Source: Geosiphon pyriformis uo1
Taxonomy: Eukaryota; Fungi; Glomeromycota
Assembly: GCA_016748015.1 (NCBI GenBank)
Contig: JAAOMT010000706.1
Span: 1-32,849 of the forward strand
Length of the DNA stretch: 32,849 nucleotides
Reading direction: 5' to 3'
Every line of letters begins with the position of its first letter. The stretch's first letter is position 1. The notes below the pieces were generated by a model, which saw only the letters and a list, made by a program, of their open reading frames with translations, ran no database searches and was not told the origin of the DNA. Shown in pieces: positions 23,301-32,849 of the stretch. The position numbers and the translations under genes are program-made.

Positions 23301-26300
23301 TTCTAAAAGAGTAGATGATACAGAGTGTATTATGATAATTTTTTATATCTCAATAAAATTGGCAAATTCTATTAAAGTTAATACTAATAGTGGAAAAGAC
23401 CAAAAAATTTAGAAATGTTAGAATTTAAGTTGAGTTTTTTATTTTAGCATATAATTTTAGATATATATTGTTAAGATAATTGTTTACTGTGTCAAAAATT
23501 GGCTGAAGTTTTCGAATCAAATCTTGAACATACTTACAATACTCTTGGAAATATATAAAAACAGTATTTAAAGTAACATATAGTATATTGTTATTATTAA
23601 TAAAACAACCAAAATGTTCTATTAAATTCTTGAAAAATTAATTAGATCAATGAAAAACTTCACTAAAGTTGTGTTTATAATATTGATCTATTGTCACTCA
23701 TATAGTTTTTATGGCCAAGTGGTTGTTAAGATTAAAAAAATTTATTATTGTTTTATCAATTGCATTTTCAAAACATTTAGGTTTAGAAATATACTTGTAA
23801 TTGTTTAAATAAACATTATTTATAATCTTTTTAGTTGTTTTATTTACTATAAAAAGTTTATTATTCAGATGGCATAAAAATAAATTCAAGATATTATAAA
23901 GTTTGTAAAATTTTTTTGGGTTTTTATATGTAGTTCATATATATGCTTTGTTTTTTTTCATAAATAATAACAATAGTATTGAAATTTTTTAATCTTTTCA
24001 AAATCTGCTCACTATTTAAACTTTTCTTACAGTTCTGAAAAGGTTTGGTCTAAAAGATTTTTAGCATAAAAAATCTCACACTCTAACAATTCTAAATATT
24101 AAGTGAATATTGAAAATTTTTTATTGTCATTAGAAATTAAATCAATTGAATTTATTTCTATAATATGTCTTTAAAATTTATCTTTTAAAAATCTTTTGAT
24201 GAATGTAGATTTTGAACTAAACAACATAAATAGTTGTAATATATTAATTAATTTAAGATTATCAGAATCAAAGTCTTTAGAAACTCAACATAAACAAATA
24301 TAATCATGAATTTCTTTTTTTGTAAGTTTATAAGTTTTTACTTGTGTTTTGCTAAAAAAAAATATAAAATAGATATGAAAATATAAAAATATTAAAAATG
24401 TAATAGATTTCAAGGAGTTATAGATTTTAAGAAGAATAAAAAGGATACATGTAAAAAATTTCTCATTTTTCTTGCTAAAAGACAATAATAATTTAGTAAC
24501 CCATTTTTGAAGATAAAATATATAAAGTAAAACTTTGTAAAAAAAGGTTTAATCAGCTCTTAGACTTTGCTTTAAAAAGCAAATAATTGCCTCTATACTT
24601 CAAGTTTAACTATCAAACAATATATACAATGTATTTTAAACTCACTAAAAAATATTAACTATATAATTTAATTTACTTTAATCAAATTGTAGAAAATTTT
24701 AGTCTTTACTTTTTTGCCATGTTATTGTAACTTTTTTTACATGTTCTACTTTGAAAAAATTAGTCTGTTTTATTAACTACTTGAAATGTTTATTGCTTAC
24801 TTAATTCTTTTAGAATATATAATAATTTTAATAGTAAAAAAAACTTGAAATGAAAAGTTGCTAATGCAATAAAAGAATAAGACACTTATTTGAATAACAT
24901 ATAATGCAAATTATTTATAGTTTTCAAACAATTTATATAATTTTAAATTGTATCTAGTCTTCTAATTTTAATAATATTAAAAAACTAAACTGTAAATATG
25001 ATAGATTAAGTTTGTTTTTTCACATTTACAATTTAATTTTTTGAATTATATTATATTTTATAAAGTTATTAAAGTTTAAAATTAACCACTTTTATTATAA
25101 TTCTTTAATTTTTAGATGTCAATCAATTAAATTTTAGCCAATTAACAATCATTAAGGTTAGATTACCACATGATAAATTATTAAAGTATTATTATTTTCA
25201 GAAAGGCTTTTAATTAATATTAATCTAATTTTTAGATGATTACTTTTTTATAAAGATTTAATATTTTTTGGTTTGTATATCTTTTGCTAATAATACAATA
25301 CTATTAACTATGAATATTCTATTCACACCACTACCTTATTTGATTATTATTATTGAAACAGAAATCCAGATATCAATATTGTTTACACCAAGTGCTAAAA
25401 AAATTATAAAAATACTATAAGCAATTGTTAATCATTTGGAAATATTATTTACACTCTATTTGTAACCTTGTATTTCTCTTAATAAACATCAAAAACAACT
25501 GGCTTTAGTGCTAAAAGCAGCAGATTTAAGACAAAAATTGAAATAATTATATATAATTAACTATTAACTTAAGAGTAATACTATAAATAAAATATTTAAT
25601 ATTAAGAAACATTACAAAAGATTAATTATTTATCTCAATTCTTATATCTTAAAACAAGAATACAGCTCAAAATTTATAAAAAAAATTAATGTAATTAATT
25701 TTTTAATAAATAAACTTTATGGTAAATTATAGATAGCTTATTTTTTTTTGTAGTATCATATACTATAATATTTAAAGCATATGTTTTAAAATAGGCAATA
25801 CTATTTCATAACTTGATAAATGTCTTTCATTTTTTTTTATTTGTAGTTAAAAAAGTTTGTTAAATGTTTTTGTAAACACTATAATTGTTAACTTTTATGT
25901 AATTTTTAGGTTTTCTTGTGCAGTAAGTTCAATATCTGTCTTATTATTAATATTTAATTTATAATATACGTTCTATTAAAGTTGGTTTTTTTTTTACATG
26001 CTTGTTTTTATTATATAAATGTATTAATTCAGACAAATATGGGGTTTTTTTTGAAGATTTTGGAACAAAGCCTTCAAAATAGGTTAAGAAAACTAAATAA
26101 CATGATGTTATAATCCAAAAAATTGATCATATAACTTAATTATTAAATTAGACAAAATATATAGCTGGCTAATAATTTGTATTATCTGAAACTTTGATTT
26201 TCAACTTTATTTTTTCAAATATTTTATTTTGTATATGCTGATTTTCAAAGGCATTTGTTGGTTTTTGTTGTTATATAGTAATATATAATAATAGAGATAT

Positions 26301-28415
26301 GAATGAGGAAGAAATTTGTTTATTTTAAGTTTTTGACATATTATTAATTGGTTTTTAATTAAAGATATGCTACATAAAAAGACCAGGACAGATTCTGCCA
26401 AAAAACTTTCTATAATTTATGGTGTTAAATAGTACTAATATAATTTTAGACACAAAGAGAGATATTTTTCCAATTATTAATAGTAGCAAAAAATTTCAAT
26501 GCTATCATATATAAAGATTTATATATAGACATCATTGTTATCAAATTTTTCAGAATATTTTATAAATAAATTCTATGGAATTAAACTTATAATAATTATA
26601 TAACAATTTCAAAATAAATGTTATATCTTAAATATAAAATAACATTTTCTTACAATATTTTACAATATATATTTTTTAATAATCAATGTTTTAATTACTT
26701 TTTTTTTGTAAAATTTTAGAAATAGATTGTGTTTTATTTGATGAAAAAAATAATTAAAAAATTAAAAATATAAAGCATAAAAGTAGTATTCATAATTAAA
26801 AATTAACTTGATCAGATCTAAAAAAAAAGAATCTGCAAATGTTTTTGCAATCTATAAGAGGTAAAAAACAGTAAACAACTTTGAAAATTTTGACCAGTAT
26901 TATTTTTATTATAATATAAATATTTACTTTGAATTCACAAATAATCTTTTAATAATTATATATTGTATTTCAAAAAATTGCTTGGATTTAACCAAATCAT
27001 AATCTAGTTTTAGAATTGGTTTTTTAGACTGTAAAAAAAATTTTAATTGTTGAATATTTTAACAATTTATTAGAATATGATATATAATAACTTATAACAA
27101 TAATCAAGAAATTTATATCAGTTGGTATTAATTTAGAGAAATTAGGTTGAAATTGAAAGATTTTTGGCTTTATCTTAATTAAAAAAAGTAAAGTTGTCTT
27201 AAAGCTCATAACTTTAAATAGCTTTTTTTTGTTAGTATTGTATATTTTCTAATAAGTTTGTTTTAATCTAAAAAATATATGAAATATATTAGTTTAAATA
27301 AATAAAACCCAGATTTTTTTGTAAAAGTCTAATAAATTTTTCACTTGTAAGAATTTAACATATTTAAAAATACATGAATCATTATTAAAATACATAGTAT
27401 TTTCAAAATTAATTGCAAGTTCTAATTAAATTCATAAATGAATAATATTTTTTTTGAATTTTTTGCTAATATAATATAGAAAACATAAGTTAAATATTAA
27501 GCAATCAATGGAAAAGAAATGTATAGTACCAATTTCGATTATGTTTAAGAATCTTGATTTTTTAATTACATCATAATATTCTGAATATTTTTTTTTGGAT
27601 GATAAATCTATAAATAATTTAATATATTGTCAATTACTAAATATGAAAATACGAGATCACAACTAAGCTGTAATATTAAAATTGAAATTTATCTCAAATA
27701 TCTTTATCTACTATCTTTTTAATTAACAATCATTTACAATAAATCTTTTATTAGCTCTGAGGAATCAGCTTCAATTTAAAAATCAAGTTTCTTTTGAATT
27801 GGTTGTTTAATTATTAATGTTAAATTTTTTTGTTCATATTCTTTGTTATAAGTTAAAGAGATTTTTGTGGTAACTATTTTTATTGATATTATCTGAATTT
27901 TCAGCTTAGATAATCTTCTTAATTCCAATAAAATTTTTTTTTGGATGAATTCTAAAGTAGCTTTTTTTGATTGCTTCTTATTCAGAACTACAAAACAGAA
28001 ATTAAAGTTTAAATTAAAACCAAAAAGTTTAAAAATAGATATATATCTAAGTTAAAAATACCATTTTCATTGTGATACAATTTTGTTGTACAACATTACA
28101 TGGTTCAAATTTTTTAATTTTGTTCAAATACCAATTGCACATTAAATTAATATTACATCACATAAAAAAATATTATTTCATTCTAAAAAAAAAAAGCTAA
28201 AGATTAAATTAGAAATATAAAAAAATTATATAAAAAAACACATTATACCACTTCAATAAATGATTATAATATTGAAGTAAACAAATTTAATAGACTGGAT
28301 ATTAGTAATAAAAAATAAAGTAACAATAATAACAGTAGATGAAATGATACAAAAGATATAAAAGCTATAATTAAAATAAATACAAAATTAAAAAAACTCA
28401 GTTTAGTATAGAAAA

Positions 28416-30194
28416 ATGACAATTATTTAGAAAAAAAAAAACAAAGTCTTTACATAACAAAAAAATACTAAAGTCAATCTATTACAATAAATATAGACCA
28501 AATAGTTTATTTACCAAAGCAGTAGCTAGAACTAAAAAAATTACCACTTTTTTTAATATTAGTAATGCTTAAACTACAAACTTACAATGATCCAAATCTA
28601 ATAAATCTTCAAGCAATTTAAAAAGTAAAGTTGATCTGTATGCTAGTCAAATAAAAAAGAGCAAAAGTTAAAAAAACATTTAGAAAAACAATATACTTAG
28701 TTAACTGTCTTCAAATTTAATAAAAAAAAAGCTATTTTTGAATATCTTACTTTGTTAAATAATAATAATAGACATAGAAAAATTAATGCCAATTTGAAAA
28801 TTGCCCAAAAAGTTTTTATTAATAGTAGTGTATAGAAATCACAAAAAATTTAATATCTTATAAAGTATTGGTTGTTTAATAATAAGCTTTTAACATCAAA
28901 ACATAGAAAATACCAAAAAGCAATTAAAATAATTAATAATAAAGACATTTTAGAAAGATGTTATATTTAGATTAGAAACTAAAACTTTAATGTTACTCTA
29001 ATTATATATATAAAATTTATTAAGCATAAATTGTTTTCTAATATTAGAATAATAATAATAAAAACTATTAGTTTTATAACTGTAGTAAGATAACTTAAAA
29101 TTTTTGGGTATTTATTCTAACAATATTATCAAGACTTATATTATAATTGACATAAAAAAAATAATGTTTTATAATCTCAAAAAGAATTTTTAGAAAAAAT
29201 ATATGAGCATAAAAAGTATATATTAAAGTATAAAAGTGAATTTATAGATTAAATATGTCCTAACTTACTTAATAGAAAAAAAAATTCTTGTAATTCATAA
29301 TAAATTCATTTTTTATTCAAATAATAATAAGCATAACATATGGACTAAGCATAGAAATTTGTTATTAAGAAAAAAAAGAAATGAAAAATTAATTATAGTC
29401 AGTAAATTTCTAACTAAAATTAATAGACATTTGTATTTACAACAAAATAATAAAGAAAACTATTCAAATATACCAAAAAAAATCATATTTAAATTATATA
29501 GCTGTATTTGCTTTTGATAATAGTTCTAATTATACAGCATTTAGTAAAGATGCTTTAATTGTAAACAGGATGAATTTAAGTCCAGATAAAAAGCAATTAT
29601 TAATGCAAAATACTTCTTTTAGATTAGATAATCAATAATAATTAATGATTTTTCTGGAAACATATTCAGATAAAAAACTTTGAGGATTGCCTAAAAAATT
29701 AAACAAGTATTAATAGAATAAAAAAAATAGTCATCAAAAAAATTAGTATTAAAATGCAAAAAATGCAAAAAAAAATCAAAGATTCTTCAAGAGTTTTTTG
29801 TTGTATACATTAAGTAATATCTTTAAAATCCAATTTTTTTGCTCAAAAAAATGCAATTAAAGAATGAATTTAAAATATGGGACATAAGTGTATTTTTTTC
29901 CAAAATTTTATTGTGAATTAAATTTTATTGAAAGATATTGAGGAACTATTAAAAGATATACATATAACAAATGCAATTATTTATGGAAAGAATTACAAAG
30001 AACAGTGTCTGAAAGTCTTGAATCAGTATCTTAGACAATTTTCAAGAAAATATTGGTGTTCTATGGATCTTTATAGAAAAGATCTTAGTAAAAAATTAGT
30101 AGAATATGCTATAAAAAAGTATAAATCTCATAGAAAAATTCCAGATAATATTTTTGAAGAATTAAACAAATTAAATAATATTCAAATTTTGTAA
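28416..30194 (+). pseudogene. Heavily decayed IS630-Tc1-mariner-related DDE transposase (fungal long-spacer type)
   Basis: In order: DLYYN*HKK (~29133, cf. GxYxDGHER), LVIHNKFIFYSNN (29287, cf. LVTHDESxFYAND), AVFAFDNSSNY (29501), PKFYCELNFIERY*G (29900), YAIKKYKSHRKIP. Many stops and frameshifts. Start coordinate approximate. Confidence 0.8.
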
Positions 30195-30378
30195 TACTGT
30201 ATTTGGTTTTATATTATATAAAATTTAATAAAATTTTATTTTTTATTATAAATAACATATTAAAAACACATGTATATTAACCAATAAAATTTAATTATAT
30301 AAATAAAAACACGTGAAGATTATTATTTAAAATTTCGGACTGATCTACATTTTTGATGATTATAAATGGTTTGCACCA

Positions 30379-30467
30379 TATAAATTTTCTTTTGTAAGAC
30401 TACTGATCAAATCGCCATCATGACGTCAGATGGCAGTGATCAGCAGTCTTACAAAAGAAAATTTATA
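30379..30467. repeat. 89-bp near-perfect palindrome/hairpin centred on TGACGTCA
   Basis: Arms 30379-30409 and 30437-30467 match at 30 of 31 positions; inner GCCATC/GATGGC pair; central palindrome TGACGTCA at 30421-30428. Confidence 0.93.
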
Positions 30468-31529
30468 CGTGTGTTTTTGTTTTGGTCTTGCTCGTTTTTT
30501 CTATGTCAACTATGAGTGACAAAGAGGGATCCTATTATTTTGGTTATACTGGTAAGTCTTATGGGATGGCAGTTTGGAAAATTATTTTATTTTATTTCTT
30601 CTAACTCTCAATCGTTTAGCTCTTGTCACTTATCTGATCTCAAACTTTCATAGATTTAACGCCATTGAAGTCCACTCTCAATAGCGACCATATGAGAAGG
30701 AAGAACTTTAGCTGTAAGTCCCGTTTTTCTACCTGCTACGTATCACTTTACAATAAGAGATTCTTAACTTTTCTCTCTTTATATAGTAGATTTATCCAAG
30801 ACGTCTCTATAGTATGTGCATTTGGGAAGACGAATGAAGAGTTGTCATCAAAAATTGGAGAGAAACTTGCTGTGGAGGTGTCCTCTATGTGTGATATTAA
30901 TCCGACACATAATATTTTTAAATATTGAGTTTCTATTCCTGCTAAAGCTATTCTATTTTTTTTCTTTTCAATAAGCCACATTGATGATTAGAAATATTTG
31001 GCCTGCTATTTTTTCTCTATTCTTTTTTTACCCACATTGTCCATGCGGTCTTCAGACGGTGGATAATGCCTGGAAGTGTGAAGGAGAGATGTCATGCTTG
31101 TCCTCAGACAGTGACCTTTTCGACACAATCCTGTTTACTGGTTTACCCTCAGGTGATCAGTCGGCAGAAGTGCAAGTGAAAAGACCTCGCTTACCCTCAG
31201 GTGGTGAACTTTCTACTTGTAAAGGTAAGCCACCAAGTTTTGTGTGGTCCTCAGACAGCAGACTGGTGGAGACTGATAATAGTTGGTATTATATGGTCCA
31301 ACTAAATCCAGATTTAATTTCTCAATTTGTATTTTTTTGCATTGTATTACTTACTACTTATTAAGTTAACATCATACTCTTAAGATTCAACTAAATTAAC
31401 TTGTGGTTACGCCTAATCCAATAAGAGCTTTCTGTAACAGTTACCTTACATGGCTGAAGGTACAGTATTATTGCAATTTTTGATTAATACATAAAACCCA
31501 AAACTCGGTTTTTAACAATTTCAACAATA

Positions 31530-32809
31530 GAGCCCGAAGACTAAGTTTCTATATGAAAAACTCATTCAATCATTTGATAGTCTGCCAACTCATGCTGGCC
31601 AGTTGCTGGACCTCATTAATGCCTCTTCTTGCAAAGCTTCCCGCGTATTTATACTCGGACTTAGGAAAAGTATGACCTTGATTTTCATATTAGCTGTTCT
31701 TAATCTATTCATAACTGACAATATTATCTTATTTTGACAAATGCTGCCCTCTCTGAGACGAGGTTTACCAAAATTGAATCCGAAATAGAGCTGGTTGGGT
31801 CCGTGGATATATTAACCGCATGTCTTCTAGAATTACTTTGCAGTAACTCTGATTTTCGAATCGAATTCTCCCTTAACAGAACTGAGAAGTATGTTTTCAT
31901 TTTGTGTGCTGTTCTTAGTGTTTATTAGTTTTTGTTTCGATTTCTAACAATAATTTTACACTTTGTTTTCTAAGGGACTCAAAAAGCACTCCAATGACAA
32001 TACAAAATAGACCTGATCTTCTTGGATATGTTAAAGATGTACTAGTTGGTTCCACTGTCCACAGAACTTTACCTGGATGATCTCAATGCTCGATACACAG
32101 CTGTCAAGCTAAGCATCAATATTGTTCGTATCTTTAAAACCATGATCACAAAGAATGCCTTCCCTGCTAATGTAATCCCTCTCGATAAGCCACTTAAACT
32201 CGGAAATTCTACAATTACTTTCTTTGAAGAGTATGTCGAGAAAGTTGTTTTGGACAGTAGACTCTATGGCTTTTACGACCGTGTTGATACGTTAAAGCGC
32301 ATTTACGAGCTTGCCAAAGGTCATCATGGACTCGTTCAGGTCGTGGAAGGACCGATCTTTGGAGCAGGTTGGCCAGGGGAATATATAATCAAACTAAAGA
32401 CACGTGGCCTTGAACGCCCACCGAAAGACGAGCAAACAACACGGATGATGACGTGCAATTTGCTCACTGGACTGAAGAGACTTCATCAATGCGGTTACGT
32501 TCATCGCGACATTCGTTTATCGAATATTGTTTACGATTCGAATAATCCCAAAGGGTATGAAAACGTTCTTATTGATTCGAGCATGGAGGTAAAGCAAACA
32601 AAGAATTCGACATCTTATTGACAGACTGAGATGATGGCACGTCTGATGAGAATAATACATACACAACTCTTTCGGACATTTATCAATTAGGCAAGTTATT
32701 AGAAGGGCTTAATACGGTGTTCTCCAATGATGGACAGGACTTTATAAGCAAATTAAAAAAAAAGATGCTGGAAGCAGATGCAGCGCTCAAACACCCATGG
32801 ATTGCTTAA
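31530..32809 (+). pseudogene. Crinkler-like nuclease-fold plus protein kinase pseudogene (5' exons may begin at ATG 30512)
   Basis: Kinase motifs GYVHRDIRLSNIV (HRD at 32502), VLID-(F)EHGG broken by a 1-nt deletion at ~32577, in-frame TGA at 32627-32629, SDIYQLGKLL, ALKHPWIA* ending 32809. Upstream RPDLLGYVKDVLV (32009) is out of frame with LVPLS. GT-AG intron 31889-31974. The Crinkler-type assignment rests on recalled motif resemblance. Confidence 0.8.
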
Positions 32810-32849
32810 TTTGAGTTATAAGTAACGTATTTGGTGACTTGATCTTTAT

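Noticed and set aside
22750-23900. Possible decayed transposase on the minus strand (fragments such as HRWNHLD, SGTGKAK, LIEHF)
   Set aside because: Looks like former coding sequence, but no family could be assigned by eye.
17636-27209. Short ORFs rich in I/K/N/F/L across the AT-rich tract
   Set aside because: Composition expected by chance in AT-rich DNA; no motifs or consistent splice structure.
31101-31260. Short internal repeats (CCTCAGACAG twice, TTACCCTCAGGTG twice) in ORF 30981-31364
   Set aside because: Too short and irregular to define an array; probably part of the decayed 5' region of the kinase pseudogene.

Overview
Very AT-rich, intron-containing eukaryotic DNA. The gene content (Sel1-repeat genes, class-3 lipase-like gene, Crinkler-type kinase, Tc1-family elements) suggests an arbuscular mycorrhizal fungus (Glomeromycotina); this is an inference. 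Positions 1-13.4 kb form a nested repeat: direct repeat A (1-752 and 12675-13444, containing a decayed Tc1 transposase) brackets an inverted repeat B (787-2623 and 10808-12416). Each B arm carries a Sel1-repeat gene broken by an N-gap, and the arms enclose an intact 8-exon cytochrome P450 gene (6097-8255). Next come a 6-exon, probably secreted class-3 lipase homologue with Gly in place of the catalytic Ser (GHGVGG) and a Tc1 DD34E element with perfect 29-bp TIRs. The apparent internal deletion of that element coincides with a Nextera/Tn5 mosaic-end adapter, so it is probably an assembly artefact. About 12 kb of decayed AT-rich sequence follows, including a G-to-A-riddled DDE transposase relic, then an 89-bp hairpin centred on TGACGTCA and a Crinkler-like nuclease-fold plus kinase pseudogene. 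All alignments and gene models were done by eye.
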